64,000 nt of DNA from Octopus vulgaris (GCA_951406725.2 OX597816.1:53072001-53136000), one strand, 5' to 3'; positions 37,781 to 50,936 are shown, counted from the stretch's first letter. The notes: generated by a model not told the origin, from the letters alone. Made by a program: numbers and translations.

Positions 37781-39458
37781 ATATCCATAATCATTAATGT
37801 AATTGCCTATATTATCATAAATATTTATTTAAAGTTTTAAGTGAAATTATGATATGAGAGATACTATGGGGTAATTATCCAGTATAGAGAATTATGTAAT
37901 ATACCATGGGGTGATATATCTAGGTTTAAATTACCTTGCTGTGATAACAATTTGCATTTTGCGTTAGCTCAAATTTTGCTTCATCATTTAAGCAAAACAG
38001 TAAAACAATACTAAAATATATTACAGAAAATATTAAGGTGAATCCATTATTCAGTTAATTCATGCATGTTTACGTATGTTTTCTGAGTCATAAGTAATTT
38101 CTTTCAATAATTTCAACCTGATAAGCAAGTAAGTAAGAAAAAAAAACTTTGAATATGATATAGCACCACTTTCAGTTTCATATCATTCCATATATTGATC
38201 AACATTCAAATATCAAAAAAGTATTGCTCAGATTTCTTAATTAACTATCATAACATACAAGATGTTCGAAAACTGTTTTACCAGAGGACATTAACATCTA
38301 ACAGTTGTTAATTTAGCGGAGACTAGTAACCTCATTAGAAGCCATTTCTCAGACAAACAAATGTGCTACACTCAAGTAATGAGTCTTGTTATCAATACAA
38401 AAATACATTGATGAAAATACAGAAAGTTATCTCTAAATATATACATACACACACACACACACACATACATATACATATATTCATATATATGTTTATATAT
38501 ATTTTGCTAAGATATGAAAAGAAAAAAAACAAAGCCTTATTTAAAAGTCTTTGAAGCTAAGTACTAGGAAGTAAATATCAAAACCATCTACAACTTAGTG
38601 AAGAAAATATTTTCAGAGAGTAAGATAAAATAAGATTGAAATTAATTAACTAAATTAAAAATAGCACTTCACGTTTTTTAGTGTTTGCTTGAAAAATTTT
38701 GTTTAATTTTCACAACATACTTCATTACACAAATATAATACTGATAGGGTGACTAACAATTTTGAATCTTTTTATGCAAAAAGATAACAGAAAGAAGAAA
38801 AAGGGATGATATTAAACAAAAAGTAAGTGACAAATACCGTTATATTAGATATAACACTTTGTCTTCAATTTTCAAGAATTAGTGATACAAAAATAAGAAT
38901 ACATGATACACATACAAACATATAGATACATATGCACATGTGGTTATAGGTATATGGTCTTAGGTTCAGTTCCTCTGTAAGGCACCTTGGGCAAGTATTT
39001 TCTACTGTAGCTCTGGGCCGACCTAAGCGTTGTGAGTGAATTTGGCAGACAGAAACTGAAAGAAGCCTGACATGTCATATATGTTATGTATGTGCATGTG
39101 TGTGTATTCCACATATATTGTTTGTTCAGCTGCAGACTAAGTAGAAGATACCTGCCTAAGGCTACATGGTGGTATGAAATGCATAGTTATAAACTGAACT
39201 CCATATCCAGACAGGCATGCCTCCGTGTGTGTGTGTATGTGTGTGTGTGCAATTTCATTACTGTCTGTTACATTACTAAATGACACTGTTATATTTCATG
39301 GCTTTCTTTCTCTAATAAATAGTTTTATACCACCTCTAATACCTAATTAATGAACTTCACACATTCATCATTTAAAACCTATAAGTTCTTTGACTAGAGG
39401 CAACGAACTATACAATAATGACATTCTCATATACCAAACAAGATAATAATAATAATAA

Positions 39459-40069
39459 AGTGTCACTTTGATGGCATGCCATGCTCACTCAATAATAATA
39501 ATAATAATAATATGCCCTGATGCAGTACCAGGCAGTGACTCTCATGGTTTCTGATCTTAACTGATTGGAAGTGTTATCATGTACAGTGTTTTGTCTTGGT
39601 TTAAAAGATGGGCTACAGCAAATATTCTGCTCAATACCACAGATTTGCTTGTCAGTTGTTTGACCTTAACCAGTTGACCATGTCTCTTAGTGGCTGACGA
39701 TATGTGCATCTCTGATAACGAGCAGAAATAGTGGGGGAGCATCATAGCCATGTGTTGAGAAGGATTCTTTGGAGTTTGAATAATTCATCCCTGGAAACAT
39801 GGGTTTTTCGTTCAACATCCTTAAACAACCCTTATTCGGGGAGCTTTTGAGCGGGATGGGCTACTTGACCAGAAGAAAATTCTAACTGGGCCCCACCTGC
39901 AAGGTCATGGGTTGTTTATCTTGATATGAGATCATCATATCGCGCACATATGGTTGTGATGCATGTGCCTGGTGTACCCTTATCAGACAGGTAGTTATGG
40001 TGGGTATACTGGGCTTCATATATATTTTACTTGAGTGTCACTTTGATGGCATGCACTGCTCTCTCACTC
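39459..40069 (+). mobile_element. Second locus of the ~555-bp (AAT)n element: 32-bp 3' stub (39459-39490) plus full copy (39513-40069)
   Basis: High identity to 4756-5310. Both pieces are bounded by AAT repeats. Confidence 0.85.
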
Positions 40070-40549
40070 AATAATGATGATGATGATGATGATAATAATA
40101 AAATCATTAGGTTAAGATTCATGTAACTACAAAAGCAAATATCCAACCATTACAGCAATTGCAATCGGTGAAATGAAAAACATGCTGCAATTTGAGTGTT
40201 AAGAGCTTAAGAATATCAAGGAAAGTGTTGAAGAAACTTTAGAAGGTAGTGTTAATCTCCTGTAAAATTGTTGAACATATAAATAAGTGTAAAGTTATAT
40301 GAGTAGATATGGGGATTAACACCTTGCAATCTTTTAGCTTAAATTTATCCCTTAATCCTGATGACTAGTTCAAGCTATCTCTTGTAATTCTCATACGCAA
40401 TGAGAATCCAACTAATATCTGATATCTGCACGTATCACATCACATTCCTTGAACAGTAAATGTTTCAATTATAAAGAATCAATTACTGCATGGGGGGGGG
40501 GCGTGTGTGCATTAGTGTATGTGTGTATTATATATATATATATATATAT

Positions 40550-40608
<59 letters not shown>

Positions 40609-40851
40609 TATATATATATATGAATATATTTATGTATGTAAATCTCTGTTGATTCGCTAGAAGCAATAAATTACAGAACTCAATACAAATGTAGAGTATT
40701 CTTTAATACACAATAACTGGAAGGTTCCAATTTCCAGTACTTTCATTTCATATTTCTAAAGATATTCAGACAGCGAATATTCAAAAGAAACCGAGGCTGG
40801 CTCAGTTTACCATTGACTCTGAATACTGGAAATCAGAGCCCTTCAGTTATA

Positions 40852-40889
<38 letters not shown>

Positions 40890-40892
<3 letters not shown>

Positions 40893-41478
40893 CATTTGTA
40901 GAAATACAAAAATCCAGAAGAGAAGCACACTCTAAGATGTAGAGCAGTTAATATTATAATGGGGGAGACTGGTTTTGGGGATTACTCTGGGTTTCTCACT
41001 CATAAGGGTGTATCTTCAGATCCCAAACAACCTGGCTTAAGACCTCTCCAAAATATGGAGAGAGAAATGCCTCGGTATAAAACCAAATACTAGGTGATTA
41101 TCTCCCTTTTCTATTGGCCATTGGGCTTCAGCTGCATCGCCTTCCTGCAGTCACCAAAGGATCACAAAGGTAAATGATTGTCTCCCTTTGGCATTGGCTA
41201 TTGGCTTCCGGGTGTGGCGTTGCCTTGCCGATTCCAAAATGCCAGCAGGAATCTTCTAAACTGCAAGCATGACCTGAAAATCTTTGTCCTGGAGTTCAGG
41301 ACTCTCCCTGGCACAAGTGAGTCTTCCAGAATTCTTGTGTGTTCAACAATGTACAACTTGCAACGTTTCATCCCATTGATGTAGGGGCCTGGGTTCTCGA
41401 GTATTTTCCATGCAATCAAATACAGTATTCCATCGTCTATAAGTTGCCAGAAATGGCTGGCTAACAATGTCACGTGTC
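40890..41478 (-). mobile_element. Penelope-like element 3' portion: GIY-YIG C-terminal coding remnant plus terminal repeat
   Basis: ORF 41198-41473 LASHFWQLIDDGILYLIAWKILENPGPYINGMKRCKL..E..IL...VLNSRTKIFRSC...FLL resembles the PLE endonuclease C-terminus. HHR lies downstream. Confidence 0.75.
40974..41027 (-). ncRNA. Minimal type I hammerhead ribozyme (intact core)
   Basis: Minus strand TTTGGGAT-CTGAAGA-TACAC..GTGA-GAAAC-CCAGA-GTA-ATCCCCAAA. Predicted cleavage after GUA (40983). Confidence 0.75.
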
Positions 41479-42008
41479 TTCATAAGGAAACCAGCCCTTA
41501 TGAGCCAGGCATGGCTCGAGAAAGAACAAACAACAAGGTAACACTTAAAATATTTTTTTGTTCTCTAGTTCTAAAATAATTTAAAATTCAGTAACTCGTT
41601 ATGTATTCTACTTCATTAATAGCCACCTGCACTCCAAATACATCAGCTGCATTATCATAAATTAAATCTCTCTTTGAATTTTAGTAAAACTGCATACTTC
41701 CTACTTTCTGCCATATAAAAAGAAAGAAAAAACAGGCAAAACATAAATCATATTAATCTTCTTGTCTCAATCAAATTAGTCAAGGAATTAATGCAGTCCA
41801 TTTCTGTAAAAAAACAATTGGTGGTAATGGGAATAAAAGAAGAGATGATGATGACACTGTTTCCACCACTACTATGAAAAATGATGACAATCTTGATGGC
41901 AACAATGACAACGACATCAATGGCAACGTTGTGGATGATATCGATGCTGCCATTACTACTGTCATCCACAACTATAGCAATGACAGAGCTGATGAAAATA
42001 ACATCAAT

Positions 42009-42272
42009 AAGGCAGCAAACTGGCAGAAACGTTAGCACGCTGGGCAAAATGCTTAGCGGTATTTCGTCTGCCGCTACGTTCTGAGTTCAAATTCCACCAA
42101 GGTCGACTTTACCTTTCATCCTTTTGGGGTCGATTAAATAAGTACCAGTTATGCACTGGGGTCGATTAAATAAGTACCAGTTATGCACTGGGGTCGATAT
42201 AATCGACTTAATCCGTCTGTCTGTCCTTCTTTGTCCTCTCTGTATTTTGCCCCTTGTGGGTAGTAAAGAAAT
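42009..42272 (+). mobile_element. SINE family A with internal 31-bp tandem duplication
   Basis: GGGGTCGATTAAATAAGTACCAGTTATGCACT occurs twice. Confidence 0.85.
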
Positions 42273-42274
42273 AG

Positions 42275-42658
42275 AAAATAACATCAATGATGGAGGTAAT
42301 TGCAACAATAATCCTGATGATAACAAGAACTGTGATGACAGCAATGAGGGTGATGATGATGATGGCAATGATAATGACAATGATGAAAACAATGATAATG
42401 ATCATTGCTATGACAACAAGAGTGATGATAATGATGTCGATAATGATAATCATCAAATAATAATGATGGTAATGATGATCATACTGATGATGATGGTGAC
42501 CATGATCATCATCACCATCACCATGGCAAGAAAGATTATGGTAATAATTATGACGAAGATGATGAAAATGATAATGATCAATGTCATAACAATGAGGATG
42601 ATAATGATGATCATGATGATGATCAAAATGTTGATGATGATGATGATGATGATTATGA
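42275..42658. repeat. Degenerate (GAT/AAT)n array
   Basis: Directly visible. It continues the array at 41840-42005 that the SINE splits. Confidence 0.9.
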
Positions 42659-42691
42659 ACAAGCTTTAACATTTATAATTCAACAATCGTA

Positions 42692-43130
42692 TAGGCGTAG
42701 GAGTGGCTGTGTGATAAGTAGCTTGCTTACCAACCACATGGTCCCAGGTTCAGTCTCACTGCATGGCACCTTGGGCAAATGTCTTATACTATAGCCTCAG
42801 GCTAACCAAAGCCTTGTGAGTGGGTGTGGTCGACGGAAACTGAGAGAAGCCCATCGCATATATGTATATATATATATGTGTGTGCTTGTGTGTATGTATA
42901 TGTTTGTGTGTATGTGTATGTTTGTGTGTCTATGTTTGTTCCCCCAAAACATCACTTGACAACCGATGCTGGTGTGTTTACGTCCCTATAACTTAGCGGT
43001 TCAGCAGAAAGAGACTGATAGAATAAGGCTTACAAAGAATAAGTCCTGGGGTCGATTTGCTCGACTAAAGGTGGTGCTCCAGCATGGCCACAGTCAAATG
43101 ATTGAAACAAATAAAAGAGTAAAAGAGTAA
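42692..43130 (+). mobile_element. CORE-type SINE family B
   Basis: Family B structure. Confidence 0.9.
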
Positions 43131-43550
43131 TCATATGTCCAAATTTACTGAATAGAGGCGTATGAAATGGTGAATACTAAAATCATTTCAGTTGAGACAT
43201 AATATTGAAGTATAGTTTTCCTGTTGTAATAAGTCTGGAAAGAATCTAATAGGAACCGGATTTACTTCCCTCATTGTAACATTGATTTATCATCTATGCA
43301 AGTGTAATATAAAGCAATGCATTTGTCAAATTTCACTGCAAACAAAAGAAGTAGACACAATATGTTTTACTTGATGATGTAATTTAATAGAAACATCACT
43401 TGTAAATTCACCATCCAGGAATAAAATCTCAATTAACCTAGTCATGTGGTCCATTGAAATTTTATTACGTTTATACATGTGTGTGTGTGCATGTGTGAGT
43501 ATAGTTATATATGCATCTGTTTTCATATCTACACATCTTACACACAAGCA

Positions 43551-43714
43551 TAGACGCAGGAGTGGCTGTGAGGTAAGTAGCTTGCTTACCAACCACATGG
43601 TTCCGGGTTCAGTCCCACTTTGTGGCACCTTGGGCAAGTGTCTTCTACTATAGCCTCGGGACGACCAAAGTCTTGTGAGTGGATTTGGTAGACGGTAACT
43701 GAAAGAAGGCCATC

Positions 43715-43770
<56 letters not shown>

Positions 43771-43980
43771 ATATGTTTGTGTGTCTGTATGTCACCTGAA
43801 CATCACTTGACAACTGACGCTGGTGTGTTTATGTCCCCGTAACTTAGCGGTTCAGCAAAAGAGACTGATAGAATAAGTACTAGGCTTACAAATAATAAAT
43901 CCTGGGGTCGATTTGCTCAACTAAAGGCAGTGCTCCAGCATGGTCACAGTCAAATGACTGAAACAAGTAAAAGAGTAAAT
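43551..43980 (+). mobile_element. CORE-type SINE family B
   Basis: Family B structure. Confidence 0.9.
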
Positions 43981-44054
43981 AGTATACATATAGACGTATA
44001 CAATCACACAATCATATATACATATATAAATAAATACACATATATATATATATG

Positions 44055-44183
44055 TATAGAATAAAAGGCAGATTATATAATGCTTGTGTAGGAACATCTA
44101 TGCTCGATGGTAGTGAGAAGTGGGACCTGAATGCTGAAGAGATGCAAAGACTGGAGAGGAATGAAATTAGTATGCTCTGTTGG

Positions 44184-44190
<7 letters not shown>
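44055..44190 (+). mobile_element. Short RTE RT fragment
   Basis: RIKGRLYNACVGTSMLDGSEKWDLNAEEMQRLERNEISMLCWMC aligns with RVKGRLYDACVRTAMLHGSETW...MLRWMC. Confidence 0.8.
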
Positions 44191-44217
<27 letters not shown>

Positions 44218-44297
44218 ATGCGCATGTGTGTGCATACGCATGTGTGTGCATGCGCATGTGTGTGCATGCGCATGTGTGTGAAAAGACTTCTCACAGT

Positions 44298-44447
44298 ATT
44301 CTGCCAAGGTTGACTTTGCTTTTCATCCTTTCAGAGTTCATTAAATAAGTACCAGTTACGCACTGGGGTCGATATAATCAACTTAATCCATTTGTTTGTA
44401 CTTGGTTGTCCCCTCTGTGTGTAGCCCCTTGTGGGCAGTAAAGAAAT
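44298..44447 (+). mobile_element. 5'-truncated family A SINE
   Basis: 17-bp TSD AAAAGACTTCTCACAGT (44281-44297 and 44448-44464). Confidence 0.85.
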
Positions 44448-44834
44448 AAAAGACTTCTCACAGTTCAGTTCTATCTATCATTCCACTAAGAAGGCATGAG
44501 ACATCATCATCATCATCATCGTCGTTTAGCGTCCGTTTTCCATGCTAGCATGGGTTGGACGGTTCTACTGGGGTCTGTGAAGCCAGAAGGCTTCATCAGG
44601 CCCAGTCAAATCTGGCAGTGTTTCTACGGCTGGATGCCCTTCCTAACGCCAACCACTCCGTGAGTGTAGTGGGTGCTTTTTACGTGCCACCCGCACAGGT
44701 GCCAGACAGAGCTGGCAAACGGCCACGAACGGATGGTGCTTTTTATGTGCCACCGGCACAAGGGCCAGGCGAGGCTGGCAACGGACACGAAACGGGGCGG
44801 TGCTGGCAACGGTCGCGAAACGGAAGGTTCTCTT

Positions 44835-45226
44835 ACATGCCACCGGCACTGGTAACACATCTGCAATTTCCATTGATCGATTTCCATTCTGATCCTCACT
44901 TGCCTCAACGGGTCTTCACAAGTAGAGTTTCGACATGCCACCGGCACTGGTAACACATCTGCAATTTCCATTGATCGATTTCCATTTCTGATCCTCACTT
45001 GCCTCAACGGGTCTTCACAAGTAGAGTTTCGACATGCCACCGGCACTGGTAACACATCTGCAATTTCCATTGATCGATTTCCATTTCTGATCCTCACTTG
45101 CCTCAACGGGTCTTCACAAGTAGAGTATCGACATGCCACCGGCACTGGTAACACATCTGCAATTTCCATTGATCGATTTCCATTCTGATCCTCACTTGCC
45201 TCAACAGGTCTTCACAAGTAGAGTTT
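44835..45226. repeat. Four near-perfect 98/99-bp tandem repeats in the RTE 3' UTR
   Basis: Units start ACATGCCACCGGCACTGG at 44835, 44933, 45032 and 45131. Confidence 0.95.
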
Positions 45227-45298
45227 TGTGTCCCAAGAAGGGAAGGTATGCATACGTAGGCTGGCTCCATCCCAAGTAGAAGGCCACGGGTTATGGAC

Positions 45299-46696
45299 TC
45301 ACTTGTCCTGCTGGGTCTTCTCGCGCACAGCACACTTCCAGAGGACTCGGTCTCTAGTCATTTCCTCAGTGAGACCTAAAGTTCGAAGGTCGTGCTTCAC
45401 CACCTCGTCCCAGGTTTTCCTGGGTCTGCCTCTTCCACAGGTTCCCTCAACCACTAGGGTGTGGCACTTTTTCACACAACTATCTTCATCCATTCTCGCC
45501 ACATGACCATACTAACGCAATCGTCTCTCTTGCACACCACAACTGATGCTTCTTAGGTCCAGCTTTTCTCTCAAGGTACTTACACTCTGTCGATTATGAA
45601 CACTGACATTACACATCCATCGGAGCATACTGGCTTCATTTCTTGTGAGCTTACGCATATCCTCAGCAGTCACGGCCCATGTTTCACTGCCATGTAGCAT
45701 GGCTGTTCGTACACACGCATCATACAGTCTGCCTTTCACTCTGTGCGAGAGGCCTTTTGTCACCAGCAGGGGTAAGAGCTCTCTGAACTTTGCCCAAGCT
45801 ATTCTTACTCTAGCAGTTACACTTTCAGCACACCCACCCCCGCTGCTGACTTGGTCACCTAGGTAACGGAAACTATCAACTATTTCTAGTTTTTCTCCCT
45901 GGAAAGTGACGGAAGTTGGTCTCAGAGCATTTTCAGTGTTTATTGTTCCTGAACATCTGCCACATACAAAAACCATCTTCCTAGTTAACCTTCCTTTGAC
46001 ATTGCTGCACCTCTTATGTGTCCATAGCTTACACTTGGTGCATCTTATAGAGTTTCTACCTACACCTTTTCTACAGATCGAGCAGGGCCATCTACCTGAA
46101 GGCGTTTGTGATTTGTCTACCTTCCTACTGATTACAACTTTTGTTTTAGCTAGATTGACTCTGAGGCCCTTCGATTCTAATCCTTGTTTCCACACCTGAA
46201 ACTTCTCCTCCAGTTCTGATAGTGACTCAGCAATTAGAGCAAGGTCATCAGCATAGAGGAGCTCCCAAGGGCATCCTGTCTTGAATTCCTCCGTTATTGC
46301 CTGGAGGACTATGATAAATAGGAGGGGACTGAGTACTGAGCCTTGGTGGACCCCTGCCTCTACCCGGAATTCTTCACTGTACTCGTTTCCAACCCTCACC
46401 CTACTAGCAGCGTCCCTATACATGGCCCGCACAGCTCTCACTAACCATTCATCTATCCCTAGTTTCCTCATTGCCCACCAGATAAGGGATCGGGGGACCC
46501 TGTCGAAGGCTTTCTCCATGTCAACAAAAGCCAGGTACAGGGGCTTATCTTTGGCTAGGTATTTCTCCTGCAGCTGCCTTACCAGGAATATAGCATCAGT
46601 AGTACTTTTCCCTGGCACAAACCCAAACTGCATCTCATCTAAACTAACTTTCTCTCTAATTAGTTGGGCTATGACCCTCTCCGTAACCTTCATCAC
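45299..46696 (-). pseudogene. RTE reverse transcriptase with PHD insert; one premature stop
   Basis: Motifs QFGF, FVDMEKAFDRV, GVHQGSVLSPLLF, LLYADDLAL, FRYLG. TGG>TAG at 45512-45514 (RRLR*YGHV), and the frame continues to RGRPRKTW...DK*. Confidence 0.95.
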
Positions 46697-47166
46697 CTAA
46701 AATTAATAGACATCAGTCCTATATCTGTTTTTGTGTCAGTGTTTGTCCCAACACCACCACCACCTCTTGACAACTGGTGATGGTTTGTTTACATCTTCGT
46801 GACTTAGCGGTTCAGCAAAAGAGACTGATAGAGTAAGTACAAGGCTTTAAAGAAAGTTAGTAATGGAATTGATACATCCAATCAAAATTTCCACAAGGTG
46901 GTACCCCAGCATCGCTAATGACTGAAACAAGTAAAAGATAGAAAATAAGACAAAAACGGTATAATATTTGAGCCAGTGGTCAAGGGCTCTCAGTAAACGA
47001 TAAAGAAACCATGAGCAATTATATAAAGAAATAAAACAGAAATTAATGCTGCAACAGAAGCATAGAAATAGCAAAAGTAACAGCATTGATATAATATGAA
47101 TACATTGATTTCCATACTCTAAAAATTTCGGTCAAGTTATTCACTAATCTGACAGGAATTCTGAAA

Positions 47167-47636
47167 TACTTGTTTCAGTCATTTGACTGCAGCCATGCTA
47201 GAGCACCGCCTTTAGTCGAGCAAATCGACCCTGGGACTTATTCTTTGTAAGCCCAGTACTTATTCTATCGGTCTCTTTTGCCGAACCGCTAAGTGACGGG
47301 GACGTAAACACACCAGCATCGGTTATCAAGCAAAGCTAGGGGGACAAACACACACACACAAACACACACACATACACATATCATCATCATCATCATCATC
47401 ATTTAACGTCCGCTTTCCATGCTAGCATGGGTTGGACGGTTCAACTGGGGTCTGGGGAGCCCGAAGGCTGACGACAGGCTTCTTTCAGTTTCCATCTACC
47501 AAATCCACTCACAAGGCATTGGTCGGCCCGGGGCTATAGCAGAAGACACTTTCCCAAGATGCCACGCAGTGGGACTGAACCCAGAACCATGTGGTTGGTT
47601 AGCAAGCTACTTACCACACAGCCACTCCTGCGCCTA
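47167..47636 (-). mobile_element. Family B SINE with a short RTE 3' end (47381-47470) inserted in its microsatellite
   Basis: SINE halves flank (CAT)n-TTTAACGTCC...GAAGGCTG. Confidence 0.85.
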
Positions 47637-47956
47637 GTAGATTTTTTTTTAAGAAATTGTCACCAAAATGGCGGCAGAGTAAATATTAACTCATAACTCG
47701 AAATATGGTAATAACTATGGTGAATACAAATAGGTTATGACATTCACAATTGTTATCTAGGGAAACAAATTACAAATTGTTTTGTTTTATAGAATGAAGA
47801 ATAATTGTTATATATGCAAAGTTAAGTTCATTAAAGTATCTAAATTACATAAATTTGTTGTGGCATTTCTTGGTTTGATTCAGGTTTAACATGTTATAAA
47901 TACCACAGTGACTTGCGACAAAGTCTCATTATCGTTTACTAAACAGTTTGTACGTA

Positions 47957-48768
47957 AGTGCATATGTGTGGCTGTGTGGGAAGGAGCTTGTTTCCCAACC
48001 ACATGGTTTCGGGTTCAGTCCCACTGCGTGGCACCTTGGGCAAGTGTCTTCTACTATAGCCTTGGGCCGACCAAAACCTTGTGAGTGGATTTGGTAGACG
48101 GAAACTGAAAGAAGCCCATCGTATATATATGTATATGTATATATATGTGTGTGTGTTTGTGTGTCTGTGTATGTCCCCCCACATCGCTTCACAACTGATG
48201 CTGGTGCGTTTACATCCCCATAACTTAGCAGTTCGGCAAAAGTGACCGATAGAATAAGTACTAGGCTTACAAAGAATAAATCTTGGGGTCGATTTGCTCG
48301 ACTAAAGGCGGTGCTCCAGCATGGCCGCAGTCAAATGACTGAAACAAGTAAAAGAGTATAGGTGCATGTGTGGCTATGTGGTAAGAAGCTTGCTTCCCAA
48401 CCACATGGTTTCGGGTTCAGTCCCACTGCATAGCACTTTGGGCAAGTGTCTTCTACTATAGCCTCAGGCTGACCAAAGCCTTGTGAGTCAATTTGGTAGA
48501 TGGAAACTGAAAGAAGCTCATTGTATGTGTGTGTGTATTTATGTATGTGTGTCTTTGTGTCTGTGTTTGTCCACCCACCCACTATTGCTTGACAACCAAT
48601 GCTGGTGTGTTTACATCCCAGAAACTTAGCAGTTCAGCAAAAAGACCAATAGAATAAGTATTAGGCTTGAAAAATAAGTCCTGGGGTCGATTTGGTCAGC
48701 TAAAACCCTTCAAGGCAGTGCTCCAGCATGGCTGCAGTCAAATGACTGAAACAAGTAAAGGAATAAAA
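47957..48768 (+). mobile_element. Two head-to-tail family B SINEs (47957-48358 and 48359-48768)
   Basis: Family B structure twice. Confidence 0.9.
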
Positions 48769-49749
48769 CAATGTGAAACAGTAATTAAAGAGATTTGTGA
48801 AGACCCTAGTTTCTTGTTGGAAAGTATTTGCAGGTTATTTCAGGGTCGATAAATTAAGTACCAGTGGCATACTGGAGTCAATCTAATTGATTGGCACCCA
48901 ACTCCCAAAAAATTTCAGGTCTCGTGCCTAGAGTAGGAAAGAATATTCCAGATTGCAAATTGTTGGTCTGCTTGTTAAAACCAAGGAGTCAAGTCCAGTG
49001 GCCTAAACAGAGGGTAGTTAGTTTTACCATAATATAAGGACATACATGAAAGGGTCAGTTGTGTTAAGGGAAATATGTGTGTAGAACCCACAAATCCTGA
49101 AACTGGATGAACAATTGTTAGAATACACCTCAAAGAATTTCATCAAAGACAGACAGACAGACATCCACCCATCCAACCACCACCACCACTGCTGCTACTA
49201 CCGTTGCCACCTCCACTACCACTACTATCACCATCATCATTATCGTCATCATATAATGTCCATGTTCCATGCTGGCACGAATTGGACAGTTTGACAGTAT
49301 CATGTAAAAGTGAAAGAGATAGCAACTGATGCTAATGAAAAGTGAACATGTAGAGTTACAAACATGGAGCGTTCCAGAACTTATGGAAAAAAAATGAGTA
49401 AATAAAATAATTTGTTTAAATAAGAATGTCAAACAATATACAGGCTTCTGTTTGTGAATTGGTTGTGAAAGATTATATTAATTCCAGTTCAATGAAAATA
49501 CTAAAAGCTAAATTGCTTATATTTCTCCTGTTTTTGCAGCAAAAATAAATATTTTACCCGTAAAGCAAAGCAAGTTGTAATGAGATCTACTTCACAGCTC
49601 AACTGTTATTATATCTACAACATATAAAAACTGAACTAAACCATAAAATGTCACTCCAGTACAATATTGTCATATTGTAATATTTAAATTCTAGGTTATT
49701 GCATTCTTTATAACAAGCACATGACTTCCATTTAAATCTCAATTTTATT

Positions 49750-49945
49750 TATTTATTTACTACCCACAAGGAGCTAAACACAGAGGGGACAAACAAGGAC
49801 AGACAAACAGATTAAGTCGATTATATCGACCCCAGTGAAAGGCAAAGTCGACCTTGGCGGAATTTGAACTCAGAATGCAATAGCAGGGAGAAATACGGCT
49901 ACGCATTTCGCCCAGCATGCTAACGTTTCTGCTAGCTCGCCACCT
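49750..49945 (-). mobile_element. Family A SINE, internally deleted
   Basis: Flanked by the ~19-bp TSD TTTAAATCTCAATTTTATT. Confidence 0.85.
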
Positions 49946-50716
49946 TTTAAATCTCAATTTTATTGCCAATATTATCTTTACACTTAAAAAAAAAAAAGAA
50001 ATGAAAGCTCACCCCAAAGTACCACTGATTGAGTTGGAGAGTAATAAGGAACTTAGCATCATTGTTTTAAGGTTTACTTTACTGAAAGAAAGGTAAGGAA
50101 TAAAGGGAATTAGATACAGGGTGCAACAGAAAAGACTCTGCTGGTTTGACCATGTGATGCAAATAGATGTCAACAGCCCCATAAAGAAGTGTCAATCACT
50201 CAAAGTGGATGACACTCATAGAAGAGGAAGACTCAGGTAAACATAGGGCAAGATATTGAAGGGCAATCAGAGGACACTGAACTTATCCATGTGGTTGGGA
50301 AGCAAACTTCTTAAACACACAGCAAACACTGCACCTATCATAATAAGAAACTACCTTATAGAAATTCATTGCCATATCTAACCAACTAGGTGACTAGCCA
50401 AGACTTAAAAGGAAATCAAAGTAACCTATTGGGGAATTTGTAGCTCATTTATTCACTTTAAAATGCAGATTGTTACAAACTGATTTTGCTCTATAAAACT
50501 GGCAAGCATTCAACCTAGTTTGAAGGCTAAGCTCTTCAAAGAGAGATTTATTAGTTTTAAGACATATAGATATGTATATGTATAGACACACACACACACA
50601 TGCTATAGATATTTTATTTTATTGCTTAGGCACACTGATACTAACAACCTGGTGTTAGAACTCAATGTACATACACTTCAGAATGAAGTGTCAGTTGTGT
50701 ACAGAGCAGTAATAGG

Positions 50717-50895
50717 AAATTAAAATGACAAAGGAATGAAAAACGATGTCATGAACTTTATTAGTTTACAGTCGTTTCTGCTATAAGAATGTAATGCACT
50801 CAGAGCTGAATGCTTGTGTATCACTCAATAGCAGAAACAACTGTAAGCTACTGAAGTTCATGACATAGTTTATTATTCATTTGTCATTTTAATTT
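50717..50895. repeat. ~68-bp inverted repeat of PLE-type terminal-repeat fragments
   Basis: Arms 50717-50784 and 50828-50895. Each arm contains GCAGAAAC(A/G)ACTGTA, the 3' half of an HHR. Confidence 0.75.
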
Positions 50896-50936
50896 ATTAT
50901 AGACATAGATATAGATACTGACATACATATGTATAT

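Larger units (their letters stand above)
44507..46700 (-). mobile_element. 5'-truncated RTE-clade LINE (RT, 3' UTR, (GAT)n tail)
   Basis: Contains the RT ORF and the family 3' UTR. Possible TSD AGACATCA at 44499-44506 and 46708-46715. Confidence 0.95.

Noticed and set aside
44835-45226. CRISPR array or repeat-protein ORF
   Set aside because: Contiguous near-identical units without spacers, lying in a LINE UTR.
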